Assembly (NCBI GenBank): GCA_002269645.1
Contig: NIVC01001845.1
Coordinates: 1 to 64,000 of the forward strand
DNA from: Macrostomum lignano
Lineage: Eukaryota
Length of the DNA: 64,000 bases
Reading direction: 5' to 3'
A model generated the notes under the pieces. The model was not told where the DNA came from. It did no database searches and saw only the letters and a list, made by a program, of their open reading frames with translations. Positions 11,988 to 24,534 of the stretch are shown here, one piece after another (within the stretch, counting starts at the first letter, position 1; each line of letters opens with the position of its first letter). Both the position numbers and the translations under genes were made by a program.

Positions 11988-13171
11988 AAGACTGAATGGA
12001 AAATGTTTATAAATCTATTGAGAGTCTGTTTTTTACAACAAACTTCATACACTCGTACTTGATCTGGTCTGCCAACTGCAGCTGAATAACATGCATCGGC
12101 ACAAAAATAACAAAACTGATTTTTTTCAGGGAAGCTCCAATCCACTCCGCAGCACGTGTAGAAGTTTGCTTTTTGTCAGGACGCCCGCCTGGAAGGAACA
12201 CGCCAAGAATAGCACAAAAGGCCCCAGCGTATGATGCAGCAGACTTTATTCTAAGTAAGACTTCTAAACAATTGATTCCTTTTTTACCTACTTTGTCTGG
12301 GCTCACAAATTGCAGTTCCGGTAGAATCCCTGTGGGCATCATACTTATCCCAGATTTACCGGTAGCCTTACATGCAGCTTTAGGGCGGCACTTGAGTCAT
12401 AACCTGAGGTTAACCTGAAACTGTTTTTTGAAACTGTTTTCCCAGATTCACCGATTGATACATGGTTATAAATTTGTGCATCCCTTTTCGACAAGAAAAT
12501 TATTCGTAACACGTTATTCGTGTCATGGTGAACATTACCTGAAGCATGAGCGAGACAATATAAAGCAGACGAAACGAACCCGAAATAGCTTTCTTTTCGA
12601 ACACAAATTCTATCCCCGCCCCCACATTTTCACTTCTTCTGCTCGTGCGGTATCAAATTTCGAAATAAAGCAACAGAATTTAAATAGAATTGCTACCGGT
12701 GAGGTCCAGTGTGCGTTATGAATACATGTTTGACTGACTGTAAGGGAGATTACACTGAAGGTAAGAAACAATTCAATGATTAACCTTCTAATAAAACCAA
12801 CATCAGCCCCAGACTGACATGAATACCCGCGTGCTTCCTCATTTCAGCACAATTTTTCCCAAGTTAAGTGGACAGTGAAATCGATTCTTTCATGCAGTAA
12901 AAGTCTAGAAAAAAAGATCCTTTCATTCCGGATTCAACCAGTTCTTTGGCTGCGCATCCTCGTCACTCCCAGCCTTGAAAACTAGCGCCACTTTTTAGTT
13001 AAAATCATTGGAAAAATGCAGGTTAAGATCGACCATCTGATATAGTCGATTCAGCGAGTCAGATTATCATTTTACGCTTTGTTCGGGTGCTTCCATTCCT
13101 TTTTTCATAAAAATTACAATAGTATTTTAGTGAACTAGATCTCTGCTTCGTCTCTATTAGCAAAAAGCCAA

Positions 13172-13546
13172 TCTCTACATATAAAAATCAAAACTCTGTC
13201 TGTCTGTGTGTGTGTCTGTGTGTGTGTGTACAATTTTGATCGCTATGGACTCCCAAACCGCTCAACCAAATGACACCAAACTTTACACCCACCCTAAACT
13301 TACTACGGAGAATGTCTTAGGCTACCTTTAAATTTCCTAGACTCAAGTCTTCCTACCTAAAAGTACAAAAAACTGCTCAAAATGCGCGATTTTTTCACTT
13401 AATCCTCCATAGCGCCGCTCCACTTCTACCGATTCTCTTCAAATTTGAAACAGATAATCTTTAACTATTTTGGCACAATCATGTAAAATTTCGAGTCTCA
13501 AAGTTAATCCTGAGCGGTGCTGTGCTTTTTTAAATTTAGGCTGTTT
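13172..13546 (+). mobile_element. Helitron-like non-autonomous element, 5' part (copy 1)
   Basis: A|TCTCTACATATAAAAATC start, then (CTGT/GT)n and ATCGCTATGGACTCCCAAACCGCTCAACC. Closely matches the reverse complement of 36878..37232. Confidence 0.75.
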
Positions 13547-13549
13547 GGG

Positions 13550-13587
13550 AGAGAGGTTGAGGCTGAGATGGGACAGGACAGGAGAGA

Positions 13588-13659
<72 letters not shown>

Positions 13660-14215
13660 GGAGCAGAGAGAAATGAGGAGAGATAAGAGATAAAAGATAA
13701 AAGAAGTGAAAGGAATGATGAGAGAGCAAAGACGAGAGAGAAAAGAGGTGAGGGAAGAGACGAGAGAAGAGGGGAGAGATGAGAGAGTAGAGGAGAGAGG
13801 AGAGGGGAAGAGAGGAGAGAGGAGAGGAGAGAGAAAATGAAAAAGTAGAGAGGAGAAAGGAGAGGAGAGAGAAACGAAGAGACAAGAGATGAGATAAGAG
13901 AGATAAAAGAGAAGAGAGATGAGGGAAGAGACGAGAGAAGAGGGGAGAGATGAGAGAGTAGAGGAGAGAGTTAAGAGAAGAGAGAAAAGAATAGAAAGGA
14001 GAAGGAAGATAAGAGAGAAGAGGGGGTGAGAGGAGAGAGGAGAGGGGAGAGAGGAGAGAGTAGAGGAGAGAGTTAAGAGAAGAGAGAAAAGAAGAGACAA
14101 GAGATGAGATAAGAGAGATGAAAGAGAAGAGAGATGAGGGAAGATACGAGAGAAGAGGGGAGAGACGAGAGATGAGAGACGAGGGACGAGAGAGAAGAAA
14201 GGAAACAGAAGAGAC
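13550..14215. repeat. Purine-rich GA low-complexity tract including (GA)n at ~13589..13652
   Basis: Visible in sequence; explains the spurious L/S-rich minus-strand ORFs. Confidence 0.9.
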
Positions 14216-15800
14216 GATAGAAATTTTAAAGGATCCAAGGGACGTAGGGAGAGTCAGGGAGAGACCAGAGTTTAGCAATATATGTTTTAGAGTCAGACAG
14301 ACATTGCCTGACATTCTGCGCAGTACCCCAGCCAACAATGTCTCAAACCCTAATTTTACACGAATGTGCTCCATTTTATGTCTACCTCTATCCTACTAAC
14401 TATTAACAAGTTTTTGTTTGTGTATGGCCTTAGATTTCAGAATACATGCAAAAGTAGTTCCGGGTATTGGAATTCCCCGGGTTCAAAATCCGCGGGTTTC
14501 AACAGCTTGTCGTTTTTTAAAACTTACCTTCTTCGACGAACTAATATACTAAATTCAAATATGTTGTGCATTGCGCACACATGTGTACAATTGTCACGTG
14601 ATCGTGTTTTGAAACACCCAGATCAGAATATTGTTGTTTATTGTGCTCCATGTTTTTTTGCTTTAAGAAGTAATTTTGCTTTTATAATTTATGTTTTCTA
14701 TACTTTTTATGCAGTAGTCTTTAGTAAACTTAGCTTTAATTTGATATCTGCAAGCAAAAATCCTGTAATTTTAACTATATCAATACTGAAGATGCATACT
14801 TACAAATCATTAGTTGCAGAAATCCAAATATTAGTTATTACCAAAGATCATATGGCTTTATTACCTATTAAAACCAGGATGCCCTACTACAAGTAGCTAA
14901 GAAAGTTCGCGGTGTTCTTTTTCAAGAGCTAGAAAAGCTGTCTGATCAGAGTGCGGAGCTGTCATGGAGGTCAATAGTTGTATTTCTATTAATCTGAAGA
15001 CAAAACGGCCCCAAAATCTTCGGGCTAGGCTTCTACTTTTCGACCATAGTCAATTTATACCTATACATTGCTTAACCATTATTTACTCGCATACAAGCTG
15101 AACTTATACAATCTGCGAGTTTCTACGAGTCTATCCGGAGTCTACGCTGTGTAGTTGCTACATTGAAGAAATTGGAATTAATACTTTGCTTCGTTTGCAA
15201 CAGATTGTCGAGTGGCTCGTTTTTCTGAGCCATGCGTGTACCCGTTGTTGGGATAGCGTGACAGGAAAATGCGAACAATTAGGGCCTACAGCACGGCTTA
15301 CAATGCAATAAAACTGCGTGGATTGCTTTGCTACACGACACTACAACGGTGAAACCTCGGGAATGAACATTATAAGGAGGGAAGCGACGGTACAAAGAAA
15401 TGAATAGAATAGAACGAAAACTTTTGGATAGCTGAAGCGGCTAAGGCTTTCACTGAAAGCTGGTTTCATGAATCAGAAGGCATGCCGATTAGGTCTCTGA
15501 AGCGGACACTTTCATCTGGCTATTGAGACGACAATCGAAGCAGATGAGTTAACGGCCTATGGGTTATCCATCAAGCAGTCTTTGCAGATGGAAAAGAAAC
15601 CATGAAAACAAGTACCTTTTTATCGTGCCGATTCATGAGCTTGCGTATCAATGCTTGAAACACTTTCTTATAATGCTGAGAAGTCGTAATTTTTCGAAAT
15701 CAGAAAATTGTCCTTTTTAATTGCCGGTTGTTCCAGCCATCGATTCTTGATTACTGTTGAAGCGCAAAATTAATTAGCTGAAAATGAAGATTTAGAAATT

Positions 15801-15940
15801 ACTTTTCCAAGCTGGGCGAACTGAAGCAATGCAGAGTTAAGTGTCTTGCTCAAGGCCACAAATTCAAGGCCACTGGGTCCAGAATCGTACTCCCGACCTT
15901 TCAGTCGTAAGTTCGACGCTCCACCCATTAGGCTACAACC
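15801..15940 (-). mobile_element. tRNA-derived CORE-type SINE copy
   Basis: Minus strand: A-box TAGCCTAATGG, degenerate B-box, then GTGGCCTTGAGCAAGACACTTAACTCTGCATTGCTTCAGTTC (CORE-domain-like). Homologous to 54785..54940. Confidence 0.7.
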
Positions 15941-16499
15941 CCCTTGTCATAATAAACGCTCGTAGCCTGTGTGGATGGACGTAGTTGTGATTCAACCTGT
16001 TTGAATTTTATTCTAGTCCCCTAATTCTTCAAGTTCTAACAAAAAGAAACAAAATAGTTTACAATAAATAATTTTCTATGGCTAAAAACCTTCCCAATAT
16101 TACAATGAGATTGGTACAAAACTGTCCTGCCACAAGTGCGTCAAGAAAAGATTAAAACTCATGTACGAGAACTCCTAGCTAAGACACTGACGCACTCAAA
16201 GCTGAATGCCAATCTTACTTTGGGATCAGCCAGTATAGATTACTAATTAAGCAAAAATATTTGAGATTGGTGATTTAAATGACTTTGAGCTATGAAGTCT
16301 CAACGACCGTTTGGTTGTTGGGTGGTACGTGTTTGACAATCGAAAATTCTCTGGAACAGGCCAAAATAGCAGAAAGCATGCGCATCAGCATCTAAGAAAC
16401 CAAGCACTCGCTTAATTTGCAAATTGAAAGTTCAGAAGGTCAGATCTGAGACAGTTCAGTCTACCGACAGCATTTTGAAGCGTAAACCGTAGCATCCTT

Positions 16500-18385
16500 C
16501 TATTTCAATTGCTCGTCGGGCTCCTCGTCAACTGGACGCATCGACCTTAGGCCGTAGAGCATTGTCCGTTTTTGCAGCTTCCTTGAAGCCTCGTCACTGC
16601 TGGAGGGTCGCTGCAGTTGCCGCAATTGCATTGCTGACTGCTCGACTAGCGTTGACCTGTTAATGAGAGTACAAAACTGTTATTGATGTTTGTTAATTAT
16701 CGTTTATTAAATAATTCCATTGTTGACAGGAAAAGTATCTGATTGTTAGCTTGTATTCATGTACTACTATCATTGACTGCACAATAGGCACTGTTTAATG
16801 GTACTTAAAAATAAATTTTACGGATATTAAAGCACAATGAATTAACTATGCTCATCGAGTTTTAAAGTCCCTATAATCTTCTGATGAAGTTCAATATTCC
16901 CCATAGCCTTCTCGTGGAGTTCTTTAGTCCCTAACCTTCTTTCTCATCAAGTTTGCTAGTCCCTATAGCCTTCTCATGAAGTTTTTAGTCCCTAACCTTC
17001 TTTCTCATCGAGTTCTATAGTCCCTATAGCCTCCTCATGGAGTTCTTTAGTCCCTAACCTTTTCATTTATATTCCGTTAGCTCCCAGCCGTTTTGGGGAG
17101 ATCTATGTTTAGAGAAACCATTCATATAGAGTAGCATGCATAAGTGATTGCTAGTTTACTATTTTCAGTGTACAGATGGTATTTGAAACGCATAATTCGA
17201 GATTAGGCAGTTTAGAACAGGGAAAGGCAGCCAGCAACACAGAAGTGTTTAGCCTTTTACTAAGGGCTTCATTTAAAATTTATGATACTTACTGGCAGTC
17301 TATAAGAGGTATATGGGGGTTCAGAGAAGCGGACGATAATGCACTGCTTTTAATGCTGTGTTCATACATGTACTTAACTCTCGAGAGCTGAAAAACAGCC
17401 ATTGGAATCCTATTTAGCATCTACAAATCGGGTTCCCAACTGAATGGAACCATACTAGATATGGCATGAGCCGCCGTAGCTAGTGAGAGTTAATTTGATC
17501 AACTCCAGGATGCTGATGCTTACCCGATACTCTTCTCATCGGCTGTGAGTCCTGGCGAAACCGGTTCCAGTTGACGAAATTGTCGCAGCTTTGCATCGCT
17601 GCAGCAGCCTCCGTCATCAGCCCGAGACTGTCGATCGGATTTCCCGTGCCAACAGGCGCCCAGGCAGAGACCCATTTGGACGCAGAGACTAATGGTTACA
17701 TGTAGGAGGAATCATTCTGTAGATCTTACGAGCGTACGTCTGTTGGGATCGCTACAGAGCCTTTCTGCTGTCAGTGTTCACAGGAACAGCAAAGGACCCG
17801 GACTTATATCCTATCTGACTTTGCGCGGCTCTCATTGGCTGCTATAAGCATAGGCTTTATAGAGATGTTTTTCGTTTCTTTGATGTATTCAAGCCTTAGT
17901 TGTGTCAACCCAATAGCGAGCAAAAAGAGGCTAACGGGACAGGATTTAAAGGTGCTAATGCTGTACTTAAGCACGTTCGGGCAATCAAGAGATTGAGCTA
18001 CCGATGTGCATAAGCCGCTTACCCAGGATCTTAAGCCTGGGCTGCTAGGAGCACCTGAGACAGGCAAAAAATAAATGATTTTTAATTCGTATCTTCGTCG
18101 AATAGGACAAGACCATGCAGACGCTTTGCTGCTTTTTCAGTATCCCATAGACCGATACAGGCGTTGTATTTTTGAGACAACAATCAGCATCTTTTTACTA
18201 TGTCGTGCCACCTGAGATAAGGATTAAGGTAATTAGCGAATATCTTACTCACATTGCCAGAGGGTTAGCGAAATGGGGGGCGACGCCTCCCCGCTGTATC
18301 CGGTTGCCCGGAACCCCTGCAGCTGAGTCAAGTAAGTAAGTAGAACTTACTCACAGGAGATAGAAGCACACCAAACCAAAAAAGC
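16500..18385 (-). CDS. Putative uncharacterised multi-exon gene (tentative exons 18385..18355, ~18054..18023, 17688..17524, 16656..16500)
   Basis: Canonical AG/GTAAG or GTGAG sites. 17524 to 16656 splices in frame (..KSIG|STLVEQ..LQKRTMLYGLRSMRPVDEEPDEQLK*). Start and middle phases unresolved; no family recognised. Confidence 0.3.
16846..17058. repeat. Short array of alternating ~31-32 bp units (TAGTCCCTATAGCCTTCTC / TAGTCCCTAACCTTCTTTCTC)
   Basis: Two alternating variants, each seen about 3 times. Confidence 0.75.
18254..18345 (+). mobile_element. 92-bp 5'-truncated 3' stub of a LINE related to the full-length element at 22476
   Basis: CGCCTCCCCGCTGTATCC...CCCTGCAGCTGAGTCAAG resembles the LINE 3' end at ~28295..28362. 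(AAGT)n tail. 10-bp TSD CTTACTCACA at 18244..18253 and 18346..18355. Confidence 0.75.
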
Positions 18386-19306
18386 CTGTATTTTGACGTA
18401 AAATTACCTTTCTAAAGTGCACCAGTAGCCTAAGTCGCACATTTCTACATGATCTATATTATCAAATTCAAAACAGCCGCATAGCAACTTTAAAGTTCCC
18501 GCGTCTCCACAGCCAAAATAGCACAGGTTAGCTAAGAACTATCGCGCTTCTCTTTCTAACTGTTTCTAACTGTATTATCGCTTCGCCGGAGGTCCCAATC
18601 GATATTGCCACCGCTTCCCTAGGTTTACCCCTCCCCCTCAGGAAAAAGACATCGGAGAGAGCGAGACGGTTCATCTCCATTAGCGGTACAGTTTCCTGTC
18701 CGCTGGCCAATTATTATTTGCCGCTTGTTACCGATGGTGATTTGCGCCTGTGTGCAGGCATAGGTTCTCCAGCTTCTCCGCAGCGAAGTCAGAGAAACTG
18801 AAGCCAGCAAGCGGAGAGTCGCCCGGCCTCAGCTGGCCCATCCCTACACGCCTTTTCATTTCTTCCGCCCTCTGTCCCGAATCTCCTAAGGCTGCTTTAG
18901 TGCCTGTTTAAGCTGAAAAAATTGTACTTTATGTCAATTTACCCCTGTACAGTCTAAGAGACATACAGAGAGACAAGAGGCATCTGTGAAGAGCTCTCTT
19001 GTCAAGGCTTGTTGCTCTGGAGCACCCGACGGACCGTCAATGATGAAATGATTGCTTCATGGGAATGAAACAGTGATGCCTCTAGCAATGCCTTATTGCA
19101 GTGCCAATGCACCACTCAAATTCAAGCTTCACTGAATGTCGATTTCGGCTACAAAATAAATTATTAATTCAATTGAAGGATTTGGTCATTTGTGCGACTG
19201 CCACCACAATATAATTTATTAAATGGATAGAGGATGAGGATTATGTATTAACACGCTCGTATCAACACGTCAGCACAGATCATAGAATTAGAAAGCCACT
19301 GAGGAG

Positions 19307-19408
<102 letters not shown>

Positions 19409-20337
19409 AATCAAAGCGAAAGAAACAAAACTAGCGTGCAATCCGACGCTGTTAAAAGCCCGTTCACTCCCTATACTCAAGTATTCTCTACATTCTGCAA
19501 CGTATTGACCTCAGTGTACAGTATGGTGAGCTCAAATTTCTCTCCTGTCCGGACAATGCTTGGAGTGTACTTCGAAGTACACTATTGAGCTGGAGTACTT
19601 GCATGACCAGAGAAGCATGGAGTAGTCATACACACCCGCCCACAAATAGGCACGTAGTACGTACGTGCGTAGCATACGTAAGGAGCCACGTGTGCGTGTG
19701 TGGCAGGCTACCACTCTCAACTAGATTAAGCGCGGACAGATTCAGCGGCCTGACTTTATGGAATGCAAAGGCTAAACAGTAGGAGCAGCATATTTTGCTA
19801 TAGCATGCTAAATAGGCACAGGCTCGTTGATTTATGCGTGTAAATTTTTGTGCGTCGATCTCGGTAAGTGCTCAGAAGTGCTAGTAACAGAATGATATTG
19901 GTCGCTTGATTTATGGGCTATTACTACGTGACTTGTTGAATCTGATTGAACCCTCGAATATTTTACTAGTCCTAGCTCAGTTAATCACCATTATAAGTCA
20001 TATTTCAAGGCTACATATTTTATACGTCGGCAAGGTTCCCGACAAGTTATCCAATGAAGTTTGATTCGGGACTAAAACCAATAGGTGCCTGCCAATGCTT
20101 GCATATATTGTCCATGTAGAGTTCGTGCAGTAGTCTGTTTTAGGCTTACCTGAGGTGCACAACAATAACAATAGATTTCTCGAAGAGAAACGGCTCCACA
20201 TACTTTATATAGCATAGCACTTTGAAGTGAAACTAGGTCTGCTTATTGACTCTATAAAACATTTGTTTTAATGACTGAATTCTAAATCTAAGGTTACAGA
20301 CTGAAAGTTCTTATATGGGTTTGAGCAAGGAAATCGC

Positions 20338-21823
20338 ATGTATCCATCCACAGACGTCCTGCGTTCAGGCCGTCTCAACATGCGCTGCTGCGTTCATCCG
20401 GCCGCCGTAAAACGGCTCGCCATCCGCAGCCTCCTTCTGCTGGCCGGCCTATGGCTGCTAGCCACCGCAGCCACTTGGTTTGGCAACCAGCCAGACGATT
20501 CAGCGCACGGTTATGGTGAAGTTCACGACGCTGTCGACCACAACAACGGCGGCGGTAACAGTGTTGGTAGCCGCATGTGGCGGTTCCTCGGTGCGGCACT
20601 CAGAGCGCAGCTACAGCCACGGCCGCCCCCGCCCCCGCTGCTGCTGCCGGACTCCGAGGAAGACGATGCTGCCGGCGACGTTGAAGGCTCAAAAAACAAA
20701 CGCCGGCGAGGTGTAGAACGGCAGAGCTTCGTCTACTTGAAGGTGATTAAGTCGGCTAGCGAAACGATTACTTCGATGCTGCGCAGATTCGGGCTGTCTC
20801 GGCATCTCAGCTTCGCAATGCCGCTGCCCAAAAAAATCTATTTGGGCTGGCCGAACCCTCTGCGTCAGGAGTACATCGTTCTGCCTTCGGGTGTCTCCCA
20901 TCCTAGCGTACTGCTGGACCAGTGCGTGTACAACCGCACCTTCCTCGATGGCCTCATGGCCAAGCCCTGTGTGTACATCACTAGCCTGAGGGAGCCATTC
21001 CGGCAGCTTCAATCCCTGTTTGCCTATTACAATATGGCGGAGATATCAGGTTTGATATATTTATTTGATTAACGAATAATCTTCCAGCCATACAAATAAA
21101 TATTCCTAACACCTAACAGGGCTAGGTGGGCGGCCAGATGCTTTTGAGACGTACCTGAGCGACCTGCCGCGCTACGACAGAGAGTACCAATCACCACGCC
21201 GGGCTGCAAAGCGCTACTGCGTGCCGGACAACTATAGCCTGACTAAGAATACAATGTCACGCATCCTTGGTTACGTTGAAGGCCAAGATGCTGATAAATT
21301 TGTTGCCAGCATCATAGCCGATTTCGATCTGATCCTCATCACAGATTATTTCATGCATTCGCTTGTGCTTTTGAAACGCCTGATGAACTGGAGTTTCAAG
21401 GACATTTTATTTGTGTCGCGAAATATTGGTCGCTATCCCCGCATGATGGCTGCCCAACGTCCCGACTTAATGCGAGTTCACCAGGCCTGGAGTCCCGTTG
21501 ACTACAAACTCTACCAGGCAGCCAACGCCAGCTTCTGGAGACGCGTGGCCCAAGAAGGTCCCTCATTTCGTACAGAGCTTCGCGTGTTCCGCAGTCTCAG
21601 CAAGTTCATCCGGAGACGCTGTCGGGCGCTTGAACGAGGCGATGCCGCCGCCGCCTCCGGGAACGACTTCACGTTTCTGGCTAACCGCTGGTCACCAGCG
21701 TTCAGCATCGGTCCCATGGACTGTCGGCGGCTTGGAGACGCCGGTATTAATGAGCTGCAACGACAGAGTCGACTTGCGTACACCGGGGACAAAGCGGCAC
21801 TGACTGGCTATCCCTACTGCTGA
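20338..21823 (+). CDS. Galactose-3-O-sulfotransferase (GAL3ST) family protein; join(20338..21049,21120..21823)
   Basis: N-terminal TM (type II), 5'-PSB-like YLKVIKSASET, 3'-PB-like ITSLREPFRQLQSLFAYY, and DFDLILITDYFMHSLVLLKRLMNW. The 70-bp GT-AG intron joins the two ORFs in frame. Confidence 0.88.
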
Positions 21824-22933
21824 AGCTCGGGTATGCAGCTACGTTTTTTCGCAGTCTTTAAAGACTCATTTACACTGCCGTCAAATGAGCCGTCAACTCG
21901 CACGACTAATGTTCAGAGTAATAAAGAATGAAAATGCAAGTCGCGCCATCACTCGAAATTTCGCCTCATTTGATGTCGATGTGAACAAGCCATCTGATTG
22001 AAAAGTACGTTTACCGCGTTGCAGTAGCGAGAGCGAAGAACTGACAAATTCTAAGTAATCTTTCTGGTTAAGTGCAATGCGTCTAATTTCTTTTGGCTTT
22101 GTATTAATGCTTCCGAAACTGTTGGATAGTTGGTTTTTATTGCATTTATTTACCTACTGTTGCGCTCTAAAAGTGCAGAAGCTTATTTACTATCATTCTT
22201 AGTCATATGTCGTTGGTATTGCTATTCGTAGTTTCGTAGTTTTGAGCAATTGCACTTGGAATTTGTTGATGAAGAAGGGAAGTATAGACAGTATGAATGC
22301 TTCCGGGTAGCTATTTATAGTTTCTGCAAAACCTATGCAGATTAGGGGCCAATTTATGCAGGGCTCCAGTTGTTGCAGATTATTCATGATTTCATCTATG
22401 CTTAAGCATGCTCTTTCTGATGAATGCAAATTTCGGGCTTCGCGAGATTTTGAATCAATCTAAATAGATCGAGGCACGCGAAGGCGTATTCAGCATGCCA
22501 GTGAAGTATGAGACAGACTAGGCCCATGGGCTAAGGTCTGCGATGCTTCACGCCTGCCCCTATCTTCAGCAGGTCAAGGCTGGTGGGAGGTCTGCACCCT
22601 CTATTTGCCTCTGGCAGCCGCAGACCCCCCCCACGCTGTCTCGCAAGTCGACCCAGGGTACTCGTCCCCGCGTGTGTTCAAGGCAGTCCCTAGGGCTGCT
22701 GGACAGACTGGGCTCCGGCGCTGGCGACCCTATCCAGTGGCTTCGGCCGAATTTGGGTATGCGGGTCTGGCTCGCCAACCTGCAGGCCGTGGTACTGCTC
22801 AACGTACTCTCTAATGCCTAAGGTGTTGACCGTGCCGATGGGCTGGAAGGCCGGGGAGTAGTCCGGTCGCAAGCGGTCCCCCTCCTGGTGTCGGGCCAGC
22901 CTTGAGGGTGCTATTGGCCTACTGCCCGGTCAG

Positions 22934-24511
22934 GTGGAGCGGCCGGGTGGGTACCGCGCCCCTTTGAGGGTAGCCCACCAACCTTTTATCATGGCCTTCG
23001 AGCCGACTATGGATAAACAAGCTATTTCCAGGGACGGGGACCCTTCTAAACCCCAACCTCAGTCCGAAGGACCGGCCGGCCCTGCTGGCAGATCCCAACC
23101 GACTGATTCAACTGTGGCAAAGGAAGGACCGGCTGGCTCTGCTGGCAGATCCGACCAGAGCTACCAAACTCAAAATACCCTAAGACCTGCCAGCTCCGCT
23201 GGTGGATCTAAGGGAACCGCGAGCTCTGAGCCTAAAGGACCGGCCAAATCTGGCAGATCCGATGAAGCTCAGCGGGCTCGGCTTGAGCGCAAACGCGCTA
23301 AACAACGCGCCAAAAGGCAGGCCAAGAAGGGAGCTGCGGGGGCCAAAGCGGCGGCGTCCACCATGGATGCTGAAGCGACTGGAGTCCCAAGGCAACCAGG
23401 CGGGCCGGCCGGTGGAAGCTCCAGTAGTTCAGCGGCGGCGCTCCCTGGAGCTGCTGCCGCGGCTGCTGAGGCCGAAACCACGGCGCAACAAATGGCCACT
23501 GCCAACAAGGAGGTTCCTTCGGGAGCTACCTTTGCGGCGAAGGCCAAGGCCAAAATCCCGGGAGTGATCATCCAAGGTCGCGACCAGGACTGGACCACTG
23601 ATCAGCTTCAAAAAGTGTGGAGTGCTGTTGACTCCTATCTGATTGAGCTGACTGTCGAGGAGGGAATCTCCATCGGCGTTGAGCGGATGGTGCTGCGAAG
23701 CACATTCGTTCTTATTGCTCCTAGCAGCGAGGAGGACGCTCGGCGGCTGCTCCAGCGGCTACCGACGGTCTCCTTGGATGCTGACCTTGGCGGAGCTCTT
23801 TTTCTTCGCGAGGGCCAGCGTCCAAAGACGATACCCTATGTGGTTTTCGTCCCTGCTAAGAGCACCGCAGCTGGACCAGACGTTATTCGCCGGGTCCTAC
23901 TGCGTCTGAACCCCGACCTCCCTGCTAGTGGACTGGTGTATCACCGTAAAGTCCGCAGGGGGGAGACGGGCAACTCAATTGTCCTCGGCCTTTCCAGCAC
24001 TTGGGCGAGTCGGTACCCTAATGGATCCTCTTTCCAGCTGGGTGCCCTCAAGCTCAAGTTGCGCCGAGGAAAGTCTGCCAAAGGGAAGGCTACTGCCAAC
24101 CCCGGCATCTCCGGCAAGAGCGGGGCGCAGTCTAAGGCCCAAGGAAAGGCGCAAGCCGATCCCAAAGCCAAAGCTGCATCTCGCCCCTCTGCTAGCAGCA
24201 GTTCGGCGACCGCGGTAACGGCTCCGGCCAAGCCCCGGGAACCAAACCTGCCAGTCGGAGAAGGAGTTGAGGACGAGGCCGGGTCTTCGGAATCCGAGCT
24301 CTCCTCGGCCACCTTGGTGGGTCTGAAGGTAAAGATGCAGGTGAGGAAGCTTCCTCCATCCTGTCATCGGAGCCTGAGGACTCTGCTGGGGGGGCCGGTG
24401 GGGGTGAGGAGGCCATGGACGTCGACCAACTCCCATCTCCCAGTCAAGCCCCAGCGGCCTGGGACGAGGACGATCTGTTGTCCAAGTCTCCTTGATGGCC
24501 CTGGGCTCTAG
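22934..24511 (+). CDS. LINE ORF1 (gag-like nucleic-acid-binding protein)
   Basis: 525-aa basic, Ala/Gly-rich ORF upstream of ORF2 (first ATG ~22991). A more natural acidic tail in another frame after ~24316 suggests a frameshift. Confidence 0.75.
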   Translation: MERPGGYRAPLRVAHQPFIMAFEPTMDKQAISRDGDPSKPQPQSEGPAGPAGRSQPTDSTVAKEGPAGSAGRSDQSYQTQNTLRPASSAGGSKGTASSEPKGPAKSGRSDEAQRARLERKRAKQRAKRQAKKGAAGAKAAASTMDAEATGVPRQPGGPAGGSSSSSAAALPGAAAAAAEAETTAQQMATANKEVPSGATFAAKAKAKIPGVIIQGRDQDWTTDQLQKVWSAVDSYLIELTVEEGISIGVERMVLRSTFVLIAPSSEEDARRLLQRLPTVSLDADLGGALFLREGQRPKTIPYVVFVPAKSTAAGPDVIRRVLLRLNPDLPASGLVYHRKVRRGETGNSIVLGLSSTWASRYPNGSSFQLGALKLKLRRGKSAKGKATANPGISGKSGAQSKAQGKAQADPKAKAASRPSASSSSATAVTAPAKPREPNLPVGEGVEDEAGSSESELSSATLVGLKVKMQVRKLPPSCHRSLRTLLGGPVGVRRPWTSTNSHLPVKPQRPGTRTICCPSLLDGPGL

Positions 24512-24534
24512 CCAGATATTGCATTTAATACAGT

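Noticed and set aside
14366-14896. 176-aa AT-rich ORF
   Set aside because: Non-ATG start, no recognisable motif, and it overlaps the probable repeat-derived region.
22476-22930. HDV-like ribozyme in the LINE 5' UTR (L3-like TTCACGC and TCCCCGC)
   Set aside because: P1/P3 helices could not be paired by hand; an RNArobo or Infernal search would be needed.
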